DNA from: TPA_inf: Saccharomyces | Taxonomy: Eukaryota | Assembly (NCBI GenBank): GCA_000146045.2 | Contig: BK006941.2 | Location: forward strand, 96,001-160,000 | Direction of reading: 5' to 3' | Length of the DNA stretch: 64,000 nt | Part shown: positions 46,246-57,166 of the stretch, in pieces | Layout: each line of letters begins with the position of its first letter | How positions within the stretch are numbered: the first letter of the stretch is position 1 | Program-made: the position numbers and the translations under genes | The notes under the pieces: model-generated | The model's database searches: none | Seen by the model: the letters and a program-made list of their open reading frames with translations, nothing else | What the model was told of the DNA's origin: nothing

Positions 46246-48048
46246 ATGATTAACGATAAACTAGTACATTTTCTGATCCAGAATTATGATGACATCCTAA
46301 GAGCACCGCTTTCTGGACAGCTCAAAGATGTGTATTCACTGTACATCAGTGGCGGATACGATGATGAGATGCAGAAGTTGAGAAACGATAAAGACGAGGT
46401 CTTACAGTTTGAACAGTTTTGGAATGATCTTCAGGATATTATATTTGCAACGCCGCAGTCCATTCAATTTGACCAGAATCTATTAGTGGCAGATAGGCCA
46501 GAAAAAATTGTTTACCTGGACGTTTTTTCCTTGAAAATTCTCTATAACAAGTTCCATGCCTTCTACTATACATTAAAATCGTCCAGTTCTTCATGTGAAG
46601 AAAAAGTGTCGAGTTTAACAACAAAACCGGAAGCTGATTCGGAAAAAGACCAACTGCTGGGTAGACTGCTTGGAGTCCTGAACTGGGACGTTAACGTCAG
46701 CAACCAGGGGTTACCACGTGAACAACTGAGCAATCGCTTACAAAATTTATTGAGGGAAAAACCATCATCTTTTCAGCTTGCTAAAGAAAGAGCCAAATAC
46801 ACGACCGAGGTCATTGAATACATCCCGATATGTAGTGACTATTCGCATGCATCTCTATTGTCCACCTCGGTGTACATTGTCAATAACAAAATCGTTTCTT
46901 TACAATGGTCCAAAATATCCGCATGTCAGGAAAATCACCCAGGATTAATTGAGTGCATTCAATCAAAAATTCACTTTATCCCTAATATCAAACCACAAAC
47001 TGATATTTCGTTAGGAGATTGTTCCTATTTGGATACCTGTCATAAATTAAATACGTGTCGATACATTCATTACCTGCAATATATTCCGTCATGCTTGCAA
47101 GAGCGAGCTGATCGTGAAACTGCGAGTGAAAATAAAAGAATACGGTCAAACGTTTCCATTCCATTTTATACTCTGGGCAATTGCTCCGCACATTGTATCA
47201 AAAAGGCTTTACCTGCACAGTGGATCCGTTGCGATGTGCGGAAATTTGATTTTAGGGTTCTTGGAAAGTTTTCGGTAGTTATTGCAGATCCTGCATGGAA
47301 TATCCATATGAACCTACCATACGGTACTTGCAACGATATTGAACTATTAGGTTTGCCTTTGCACGAACTACAAGATGAAGGTATTATTTTTCTTTGGGTG
47401 ACGGGTAGAGCTATAGAATTGGGTAAAGAGTCTTTGAATAACTGGGGTTACAACGTGATAAATGAAGTTTCATGGATAAAGACAAACCAACTGGGTAGAA
47501 CAATTGTTACAGGTCGTACGGGTCATTGGTTAAATCATTCTAAGGAGCATTTATTGGTGGGCTTAAAGGGTAATCCAAAGTGGATCAACAAACATATTGA
47601 CGTCGATTTGATCGTATCAATGACCAGAGAGACTAGTAGAAAGCCTGATGAACTGTATGGTATAGCAGAACGGTTGGCAGGCACCCATGCCAGAAAACTA
47701 GAGATATTCGGAAGGGATCACAATACGCGGCCTGGCTGGTTTACCATCGGAAACCAGTTGACAGGAAATTGCATTTACGAAATGGATGTCGAGAGGAAGT
47801 ACCAGGAGTTTATGAAGAGCAAAACTGGAACCAGCCACACTGGTACTAAAAAAATCGACAAAAAGCAACCTTCAAAATTACAGCAGCAGCATCAGCAGCA
47901 GTATTGGAATAATATGGATATGGGGAGTGGTAAGTATTATGCTGAGGCCAAGCAGAATCCTATGAATCAAAAACATACTCCCTTTGAATCCAAACAGCAA
48001 CAAAAACAACAATTCCAAACACTAAATAACCTATATTTTGCTCAGTAA
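46246..48048 (+). CDS. IME4: mRNA N6-adenosine methyltransferase (MT-A70 family), meiosis inducer, 600 aa
   Basis: [30 protein letters not shown]…; MT-A70 catalytic region with the DPPW-like motif ([15 protein letters not shown]) and a Gln-rich C-terminus. Length 600 aa. Confidence 0.95.
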
Positions 48049-48203
48049 AGCGTTAAATAATCCTTTTAAACATTAATAGCATTGCATAAAAAAGATGGTC
48101 ATAAAAAAGACTGCAGCGGGAAGTAAATGGTTTCCTGGTCTGTATTAGACAAACTTTGGAATAGAGAAGGATATGGTTTATGTCCAATAATTATTATCCG
48201 AGT

Positions 48204-48223
48204 CCGTGTATTTTTTTACATCA
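48204..48223. promoter_or_regulatory. a1-alpha2 (haploid-specific gene) operator about 155 bp downstream of the IME4 stop, placed to control the IME4 antisense transcript
   Basis: CCGTGTATTTTTTTACATCA matches the a1-alpha2 operator consensus TCRTGTNNWNANNTACATCA at the TGT and ACATCA half-sites with correct spacing. Location matches the known antisense (RME2/IME4-AS) promoter that a1-alpha2 represses in diploids. Confidence 0.6.
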
Positions 48224-48594
48224 ACTGGAACAATTTATTACCCGGATGTTTAAAAATTGTTGTCGCCTGGAGAAAGCTAATACTAGTTCTGGCCATATTT
48301 TCAACCATTAAACACTACTAATGTAATTACTTGACTTATTTGCTCCCACTCTTGGTCGGTTCTTTCCCATGGCGCATTCTACCATTCTTTTTTTCTACTC
48401 CAATCGTTCTTACTGGAAACTGTGGGAATAGCGAAGAACGACTATTATTTGCTAATACAGAGTAAGCTATCCTGCTGAATAGGTAGACGATAGTAGTAAC
48501 CCAACGCCGCTATCCTTTCGATTATACCGCTATGAATGTAGTGATATGGTGCGGTATTGACACAATATAGTAATTTCGGGTAATTTTTTTTCCC

Positions 48595-48602
48595 ACCAAT
48601 GA
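48595..48602 (+). promoter_or_regulatory. HAP2/3/4/5 CCAAT box candidate (ACCAATGA) about 205 bp upstream of COX13
   Basis: tcccACCAATGAgagg fits the ACCAATNA Hap complex consensus. COX13 is a respiratory gene of the kind typically HAP-regulated. Confidence 0.35.
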
Positions 48603-48807
48603 GAGGCGGTACTGGGAGTATCGGTCTAAGAGAATCGAAAAATAACCCCCAGCTGGGATGTGATCACGATGAGTGACGGGATACATTAAATATAACAAAC
48701 ATACACGTTGCCTTGAACGTTTTCACTACACATCGCATGTGTTTTATCTAGATTTAAAATCATATTACTACAGTTCTACAGTTATACAAATAACAAACAA
48801 TAGAAAA

Positions 48808-49197
48808 ATGTTTAGACAGTGTGCTAAGAGATATGCATCTTCATTACCCCCAAATGCTTTGAAACCTGCATTTGGCCCACCAGATAAAGTGGCAGCTCAA
48901 AAATTTAAAGAATCATTAATGGCCACTGAAAAGCATGCGAAGGACACATCTAATATGTGGGTTAAAATCTCAGTTTGGGTCGCCCTACCAGCAATTGCTT
49001 TAACAGCTGTGAACACATACTTTGTTGAAAAGGAGCATGCTGAGCATCGTGAACATTTGAAACATGTGCCAGACTCCGAATGGCCAAGGGATTACGAGTT
49101 TATGAATATCAGGTCTAAGCCTTTTTTCTGGGGTGACGGTGATAAGACATTATTCTGGAATCCTGTTGTCAACAGGCACATCGAGCACGACGATTAA
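48808..49197 (+). CDS. COX13: cytochrome c oxidase subunit VIa, 129 aa
   Basis: MFRQCAKRYASSLPPNALKPAFGPPDKVAAQKFKESL…WNPVVNRHIEHDD. The track ORF begins 45 codons upstream at another in-frame Met; I chose the ATG at 48808, which yields the 129-aa protein. Confidence 0.88.
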   Translation: MFRQCAKRYASSLPPNALKPAFGPPDKVAAQKFKESLMATEKHAKDTSNMWVKISVWVALPAIALTAVNTYFVEKEHAEHREHLKHVPDSEWPRDYEFMNIRSKPFFWGDGDKTLFWNPVVNRHIEHDD

Positions 49198-49808
49198 TTA
49201 ATTGATTAAGTGAGAATAAACTTTTCGAAAAATTTTTATTTATGATAATTTTACTAATTCTTACTTATTTCTTTTATATTCGATAAAAAAAATTCAAAAT
49301 AAAAAAAGATTAATCCTTTGATAGGAACTAAAGGTACTAGGTATTTTGGGCGGCGAAGCATCATTCCGTTCTTAAACATCTATATATATATAATTATATT
49401 GCAAATGTATAAGCATTTAAAAACATAAACATGCACCTATGAAGAAGAATTTAAGACGTTTTATTTTTATGTTCCACGCGTTTTGGTGAAGTGATGAAAG
49501 AAGTCCTGATAAAGGGATGTCGGATTAATAATTGATACAGTGTTTATAAGATAGCTAATCAGAAAAAAAACGAAAGAAAATGGTATAAGTCTCAGAATAA
49601 TGATAATAAAACACGCTTGAAGTAGAATAAAAATATAAGTAGAGAAGATAAAATAAAAAAATAAAGATAGAAAGATTTTCAATGAGGGGCAAATCTAAAT
49701 CTAAAAAATTTGAATTCAAGTTCAATTTAAATTTCAATTAAAACAGTAGTAGTATGTGGGGAAGATATGGGATAAAAAAAAGTAAGGGAAAATAAGGAAT
49801 TATTATAA

Positions 49809-51389
49809 TTATAATGCGGAAAAAATGAATAAATTATTAGTTGCTGCAACAGCAATACTATTTTCTCTTGGATGCCATGAGAAATGTAAAATATTCTTCT
49901 TGAAATCAATATCGTCACCCCAATCCTTATTTCTTGCAGACCTTTGCGCTAGCGAACCGTATCTTTTGTTCCTGAACGCTGTTTTGTCAGCTTGTAACAC
50001 GATTTCATTCATTTCGGTTCCCGAGTCCTCCGAATTTGCTCCTTCTCCTCCCGCTATACTGCTTCTAGAGCTATTACTACTTCCCACCATGCCTGTGTTG
50101 CGTCCGTTACTCCTACGCTTGTGGCTGTTGCCACTACTACTAGAATCTTTATTTTGTATGCTGTTGTGGATATTTTTATTGCTGTTGCTATTAGGTGCGT
50201 TGTGTTCATCAAAAGTTTTGACTATGCCATTATCATTATCACCAGAAGTTACTACATTAGGATAGATCATGAAATTGTTATTGTAAGAACCAGTCATTAC
50301 ACTTGAACTATCACCACTAAAATTAACTTCAAATTTATCGAAAATCGCATCGTTTTCATAGGTATCACTCAATCTTTCCTTCAATTGCTCATGTATGTTT
50401 ATGGTTTTCAAAGGCTTATTATCCATATTTACGTCCCAAATTTTGACAGTTAAATAATCTCTGGATGCAATATACCTACCATTTGGACTAAATTTTATGT
50501 CGGAAATTGACGACGTGATTTCTGTAAAAAAATTATGATTGATTGGATCCAAATATTCTTCAAATGTTTTGGTTTTATTGTCACATAGGGAATTTTGTCT
50601 CATATCACACAACTTTATTGTACCTTTGGAAGAAGAGTACATGAATAAATTACATTCTTGCGGATGAAATTCAGCGCTTGTGATCACTTCGGTAAGTTCT
50701 TCCATATTGGTTGGCTTGATATCTACGATGTTGAAGCTCTGATCTGGTATGTCCAGATTCCATAAATTGATTCTCAAGTCGTCAGCACTTAAAAATGTTT
50801 CCTGATCAGAATTCAACGATATCGAATTAATGTGATAGGTATGTGCATTACTATATATACGCTTTGGGGTGGCAGCAATGATTTTGTCATGCTGTGATAA
50901 TTGAGGCAGTTTCAGCGATTGTAAAGATAATACAGCCCTCACGGAGCCTCCTCTACTGTTATGGTTATCGGGCTTGCCTTTTTTCGCAAACGTAACCCCT
51001 TCTGTTAAGTTGTTCTGGCTTACCAATTTTATATTTTTCTCATAAACTTTCCAAAGTTTTATAGTTTTATCATTTGTGCTCAAAAGAAAGTGTGATCTTT
51101 GAGTTGGTCGTAACCATTTGATTTCATTTATCTTCTCTTCAATTTCTAAGGATTTTAAATAATCAAATTCTGCGTCATGACTTTGAAACTCTGTTAAAAA
51201 CTTATATTCGCAATGTCTACTATTACTTCTTTCAAAAAGTACCACACGGCCACCTTTATCACCAGTGGCCAGATAATTTCCAGTATAGTCAAATTCTACA
51301 GCTGTAATTAGATCCGCCTCTGTCACCACAATATCTGCTTTATCACCAAAACATTGGCTGAATTTAAAATCAAAATTGTTTTGTGCCAT
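49809..51389 (-). CDS. CDC55: PP2A regulatory B (B55) subunit, WD40 repeats, 526 aa
   Basis: [54 protein letters not shown]… B55 family with the yeast-specific Asn/Ser-rich insertion. Length 526 aa. Confidence 0.95.
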
Positions 51390-52228
51390 TGTGCGCTATA
51401 TTATATTTCTTTATGCGTAAGATCTCTCCAGTTTGACCTCGATATGTTGGCTAGATTTTATGAGGTTTACAGTTTATAGAAACACTAGTTTTCCCTTTCT
51501 TAATATGTTGGTGGAGTGGGGGTAATCGTATTAAGCTGCCTTATTCACCCTCTGATAGGAATAAAAATCGAAACAGGACGAAAAAAGGGTGAACTAAAAT
51601 ATAGAAGAGAGCCTAATTGACGTAATCGAATTCTTCTAGAATGCGTTTGTATATTCAATTTTCAATTCTTCCAGTCTCTTCGTGGAAAGTTCTCTAACGT
51701 AATAGTCTTGTCTTGTGCAAACTCCCTTTATCTTTGACGGGAAATGTTAGGCAAAATTGGATGGAAAAGAGAAAAAAGGAAGGAAAAAAACAAAAAAAAT
51801 CTACTTAGTTAAGGATCTATTGACGTGCGCGGGGGGAGTATATGCCAATTGTCTCAAAAAAAAAACGTTTATGCCGTGCCGGAATAGAAATAGTTACTGG
51901 TCGTTTTCCTATCTGATATAAATCTGAGTAAAACGATTATTGTCTAACCCAATGCAATATATACAGATAGCATTCCGCTCATAGTTAATAATTAACTTCA
52001 GACAGTTTTTTTCAATATCTCATTAAAGGGAAGAAAGGGAGGCGAAAAAAAAATCAAAAAAATTATACTTCGTATCAAATTATATTCGTGGAAGGTGACG
52101 ATAGTAATATTTGATGTTGAACATACTTGAAACATTAACATATTTAATAGAAAACTATTGTAATGGTTATTTTTTATTGATTAGAAATAGTAGAAAAATT
52201 TACTTATGTTTCACCTATATTAATCAAG

Positions 52229-52588
52229 TTATAAAGCCTTCTTGGCGGCATCAGCAGGGGAAACCTTGTTTTCTCTGTTGAATCTTGGTCTTTGAGGTGG
52301 AGCTCTGTTCTTTCTGTCTTCTCTGGATCTGACTCTGACAATTCTGGCGTGAATAGCACAAGAAACACAGTAGTGTAACTTGTTGTAAGTCTTTGGCAAA
52401 GCGTATTCAGGGTAGACAGAAGCTTCGGACAAATCTCTGACGGCAGCGGCTTCAACAATGTTTCTGATAGCCATTCTCTTGATAGCCTTATCCTTTGGAA
52501 TAGACTTGGAACAGTTGACACATCTGACTGGTTTGACGTGACCTCTACCTTTCTTGTTTCTACCGTTGGAAGCTCTCTTCTTTGGCAT
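52229..52588 (-). CDS. RPS26A: ribosomal protein S26 (eS26), 119 aa
   Basis: [53 protein letters not shown]…[20 protein letters not shown]. The track ORF has a 50-codon upstream in-frame extension; I chose the ATG at 52588-52586. Confidence 0.92.
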
Positions 52589-53306
52589 TTTGAATGATCT
52601 AATTAAATATTCATCACGAGTATTGCAGGTTTGCAAAGAGTTAAAATAATTAGTTAGTAACTTCTCAATTTTTTTAAAATGATCGTGGCAAAAAGGGAAG
52701 GAGATATTTACGTAACATTTGAAATTTTCTCGGTACAATATTCTTCAATAATAAGTACATTGCATACGATGGGCGACTTCCTTCTTTTTCTTTAGTTAGT
52801 GTGAACTCATGATTGGCACACTTCTAGTGATTAACTGGTTTCCTTTCAGAAAACAAGTTACATTTGCCATGTTTTAATAATATCTTGTCACTATTACTTT
52901 CTCCCAATTCAAAGATCTCATCGTTCTTCCCTTCTCTACTTTCACACTTTTGTGTCGTTAACATACTACTTAAGACTATGGTTCTTTTATCTGTAATAGC
53001 GAACAAATTAAATCATTTACTATAACGAACATTAAATCTAGTAGGTATTTCAAATACCAAGTAATCCCTCAACACTCAATGAGAACGAAGCGGTGTAAGC
53101 TGACACTTCGAGTTCCGCCTATGTTACTGGATATGAGCCCTCCCCCCACGAAGGTTTTTTCCTTCCAGAGCCGAGAACATCTCCCAAGGAGAACGAAGCA
53201 ATACCGGTAAGCTGCTTACCGTCGGGGCAGGGAAGTTCAATTCAACTCCCTGTGCCGAGAATTTACTTTTTTCGAAAAATCGACGTCTTTAAAAAAAGAA
53301 ATCAGT

Positions 53307-53328
53307 ATGTATGGGTGGGTGTATGGAT
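53307..53328. promoter_or_regulatory. tandem Rap1-like sites (ribosomal-protein-gene type) about 720-740 bp upstream of RPS26A
   Basis: TGTATGGGTGGGTGTATGGATG contains two overlapping matches to the Rap1 motif RRTGNNTGGGTKY / ACACCCATACATT (reverse complement). It is followed by T-rich sequence typical of RP promoters. The distance from the ATG is larger than usual. Confidence 0.35.
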
Positions 53329-53703
53329 GCTGTAAGCACAGTCTAGAATCTTTTGGAAGTAACTTCGCAACAACCTCTAGCTAGCCATCTCTGACAGAGA
53401 TAGAAATAGTAATCAGTTATGACATGAATAGTACTAATATTAATAAGAATTTTTAAATAAAAATATATCTCGACCTTTTCTCGATCTTTTTGGTTATGTA
53501 TTTTTTGGCTCTTCATTATAGATAGAGCAAAGCGTTCGCCTTAACCTTCCTGCAAAGAACTTTCTTGTGGAACTTTGTTAACATGACGTGTGTAAAAGCT
53601 CAGACCTGGTAAGAATATTCGCTAGGTTTCCAAAAAAAAAAATATAAATAAAGAAGAAGGTAAAAAGTAAAAGAGAAACAGAAGGGCAACTTGAATGATA
53701 AGA

Positions 53704-54171
53704 TTAGTGATGGTGGTCATCATTTGGAACACCAACAGGGTTTAGTTTGTAAACAGAACCACATTCCCAGCATCTGGCGACTTCGTTAACAGTTGGTTTT
53801 AACCACATAATAGTATGTGAACCAGCGGGAGAACCCGTACAACCGACATAACGATAATCATCATAAGATTCAATGATGATCGGATCTTTCATGGTACCCT
53901 TCCTGGACGAATCTAATGGTTTGGTGTCGAAAACATCGATACCCTCTAATTTACCCAATAATTCTAACCTAGCTAAACCAGTTTCTTGATCTAGGTCTGT
54001 TGGAACGGTACCCTCTTTAGCACCAGGACCAATCAAAGTTTCTGGACCATTAACTTCTGCTAAGTTTTGGGCAGTTTTCACCACGGGTTTTTGCTGAAGC
54101 AGATATCTAGAGCTACACAAAGTTCTTGTGGCTGGCTTGAAAAATCTTATAGATTGACGTAGTGAAAGCAT
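53704..54171 (-). CDS. COX4: cytochrome c oxidase subunit IV (zinc-binding Vb homologue), 155 aa with mitochondrial presequence
   Basis: MLSLRQSIRFFKPATRTLCSSRYLLQQKPVVKTAQ…CTGSPAGSHTIMWL…CWECGSVYKLNPVGVPNDDHHH. The zinc-binding cysteines are present. Length 155 aa. Confidence 0.93.
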   Translation of the reverse strand: MLSLRQSIRFFKPATRTLCSSRYLLQQKPVVKTAQNLAEVNGPETLIGPGAKEGTVPTDLDQETGLARLELLGKLEGIDVFDTKPLDSSRKGTMKDPIIIESYDDYRYVGCTGSPAGSHTIMWLKPTVNEVARCWECGSVYKLNPVGVPNDDHHH

Positions 54172-55036
54172 TGTGCTTGTTATCTATTTGTATGGCAACA
54201 TCAAAATCGAAATGGGTGAGTATTGTTAGTATACTGTTTCTTCAGGGAGAAGAATACGTTGACTAAAGGAAAGTGACAGGGAATATTTCGCATCGAATTC
54301 TTCATTATATGATGGACAATTTGGACAATTATGCAATTATCGTCTCAAGCCAAATAGAAAAGCAGGGAACGAGTTAAACTTGCAAATAAATTTTTTCTTA
54401 AAGTCAAATCCAGATTTGTTTTCTCTTAGTTCTTTTCCGTTTCGTTCGATCTGTTAAATATCTTCTTTCCTGGTAGTTCTTCTCCTACATCTCATGTATT
54501 TTTCAATAAGAGGATTATAACATACATTTCAAAATAATCTTATTTCCTGTTTATGCTAATTTTTACGCAATTAGCGTGCCTAAGTACAAAAAAATGTTTT
54601 GTAAAAAGTATGAAAAAAATTCTAATCTTCGTATATCTTTCTTTCCTGTGTTTATACTTGGAAGAAGCGAAGTATTTTATCCTTGAGTGTGTCTTATTTT
54701 CTCTTCCCTTTATTTGCTACTAACCAAGATGGGAGATATCGCTTTTTCGAAGGACGCCTTTGGAATCCGCTGATCTTATTGGTGGACAGTCAGCTGACAG
54801 AAAACTTAGATCGTGACAGCAAATTAAACGATTTGTGCTACTGTTCAAAGTGTCAGTATATCACTCGATGATTTCAATTGTCCACCAGGCTTAGATTTTC
54901 ATGTGAAAAGATAATGTGTACAAAAAAATATCCTCCCTGAGCGTAATTTAACATACCATGAATCTACCTGCCAATATTATCTAAACTAAAGTTTGCCGCT
55001 GCACCGTAGTTTTAATATATACTTATGTCATTTCAA

Positions 55037-56776
55037 TTAACGACCAAATTTACGTAGCTCTAAGTATCTACAAGGAGGGTATACAACACCTGAGAACGCC
55101 ATACTTAACCACATTGCGACATCACCACCATATTCACCAAATTTGGCAGCAATTGGGCCAATCCAATAGGCTTGCGCCATACCAACTACCACACCAGCAA
55201 CTCCTACAATAAACGCAAATGTTGCTGCATAACCGTGCGTTAAAACCTCATAATCTTCCCATTTGTCCCAATTGTAACGATGTTTAGTCACCTTATGTTT
55301 TCTTTTTAACAAATGGATATTAGTAACTGCATCTTTCTCCACTTCTTTTGAAGATCCAACAAGTTCCGGTCCATTTATTTCTCCTGTAACTGTAGGAAAC
55401 TCTTTGGTGTACAAATGTAAGAAAAACCTTCTGAATACTAAATTCTCTTCGAATAATAAGATAAAGTACATGCTAATCCAGTAGCCTATCATTGGTAGGA
55501 AATTTCCCAAAATAGTACTAAAATGATTACGACCTATTAATGCGCATACCAAACAAATTATAGTACAAACAATAGACCAGAACCAGCGAGGGATTTTTGC
55601 ACAAAACACACTAGAAAGTTGGATGGAGAATGCTGCCGAATACGTATTGATGATGTTGTTGGATACCAAACTGAATACCAGTACTACCACGCAGAACTTT
55701 CCGAAGCCGTTCCAACGCTGAAAACCTGCCCAAAGTAGACCACCCATTCCATGGGAATCGTACTCGACTGACCAAGGCTTATACGACATGGCAACAGAAG
55801 CTAGTAAGAGACCTAAGATTCCGACGAAACAGGTAGGCAAAAATGTTCCAAAAAACGTTAGGCAAAAAATTTGAATATATGGTGTATCTTCTGGGAACAA
55901 TATATAATAGTCTGCTGTAATAGACCCCCAAGTAGCCGTAATACTATAGCATAATGAAAAAAAACTCATCCAGTTGCCCTTTCGGGTGGAAGAGTCCAAA
56001 TTTCCCTTTGAAACGTATGCATTGACGAAGCTGTATTTATCACTTGATGAAATGTACAGTAGTAAAAATGCTGTCAGGACGGGTACGGATAAGTAAGTTT
56101 CCACTTTAATGACTTGTTTGATACCGAAAATGGCAACTAAAAAGGAGCATACGGTCACTATGACAATCCCTACCCATAGGGGTACTTTATCATTAGAAAT
56201 AGCAGCTAACATTTCACCCCCAACCACGGAATTAACCACAGACCAACCCATGACACCGATAATGGAAGCTAATGCAACTAATTTAACAAACCACCATCCG
56301 AACAGGTATCTAGCTGTTACCATCTGTCTGCAACCGGACTGCGGTCCCATGATCGAGCAATAGGCAGCAATTAAGCAACCAATTGTTACCGATATTAAAC
56401 TGGAGGCTACGGATTCTCTAAAGCTTAAACCGAAAAGCAGAGGGCCTAATAAAAACGACGACATGGAAGACAAACCACCTGTGGCACTCAACCATAGCCC
56501 CGCGACATGCAAAAATTGTTTCTTTGATGTTCCTCGTTCATAGGGAGATATCCTCTGAATACCGGTAGACTCTACTCCCATTGCGTCCACTTTCTTAGAA
56601 AGCCATGCCGCCCTGTTGATAATTCTTCTCAAAATGGACGGACTTGAGTTGGCCTTTTCTGTGGCTATGTTTAAAGAAGAAGCTGCGGTTCCTTCTTCGT
56701 AAAATTCTATTACATCAGTAGTATGCTTTGTATGATCTTCTTTGCGCTTTGTTGTGTCCATGTTGTCCCTATTCAT
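55037..56776 (-). CDS. TPN1: plasma-membrane pyridoxine (vitamin B6) transporter, purine-cytosine permease family, 12 TM, 579 aa
   Basis: MNRDNMDTTKRKEDHTKHTTDVIEFYEEGTAASS…; polytopic membrane protein of the NCS1 / purine-cytosine permease family. Length 579 aa. Confidence 0.92.
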   Translation of the reverse strand: MNRDNMDTTKRKEDHTKHTTDVIEFYEEGTAASSLNIATEKANSSPSILRRIINRAAWLSKKVDAMGVESTGIQRISPYERGTSKKQFLHVAGLWLSATGGLSSMSSFLLGPLLFGLSFRESVASSLISVTIGCLIAAYCSIMGPQSGCRQMVTARYLFGWWFVKLVALASIIGVMGWSVVNSVVGGEMLAAISNDKVPLWVGIVIVTVCSFLVAIFGIKQVIKVETYLSVPVLTAFLLLYISSSDKYSFVNAYVSKGNLDSSTRKGNWMSFFSLCYSITATWGSITADYYILFPEDTPYIQIFCLTFFGTFLPTCFVGILGLLLASVAMSYKPWSVEYDSHGMGGLLWAGFQRWNGFGKFCVVVLVFSLVSNNIINTYSAAFSIQLSSVFCAKIPRWFWSIVCTIICLVCALIGRNHFSTILGNFLPMIGYWISMYFILLFEENLVFRRFFLHLYTKEFPTVTGEINGPELVGSSKEVEKDAVTNIHLLKRKHKVTKHRYNWDKWEDYEVLTHGYAATFAFIVGVAGVVVGMAQAYWIGPIAAKFGEYGGDVAMWLSMAFSGVVYPPCRYLELRKFGR

Positions 56777-57166
56777 CTATGATCGAAGTTTTTCAAGTCC
56801 TGTTCTTTGATAAATACTCTATAAAGCTAATAATATTCAACAGTAATATTTTTATACTGAGAACCTCAACATCTGTTCTCTTTTTTAATGGCCTTCTCTT
56901 AGACACCATCAAAGCAGCCTGACGCAGAAAATTTCAGGTGAGATAAGGTGCGGCGAACAAATCCGAAATTTACTTACACGCAAGTACGAGTCATACACCT
57001 ACGGGGCACTGTACTACAATCCATTGTCGAAACAAAAACGGCACTTAATGTTGACTTCTTTTTGAAGTCAAATGCATACGAAAACTCGCACTGCTCTTTT
57101 TTCTTGGTGTGTTGACGTATATGTATATATAGGTATGTTAACATAAGGTTCTTACGTCTCTTACTA

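Noticed and set aside
49467-49918. Overlapping 60-71 aa ORFs in the AT-rich region at the CDC55 3' end
   Set aside because: Low-complexity (F/I/L/Y-rich) translations of AT-rich terminator DNA.
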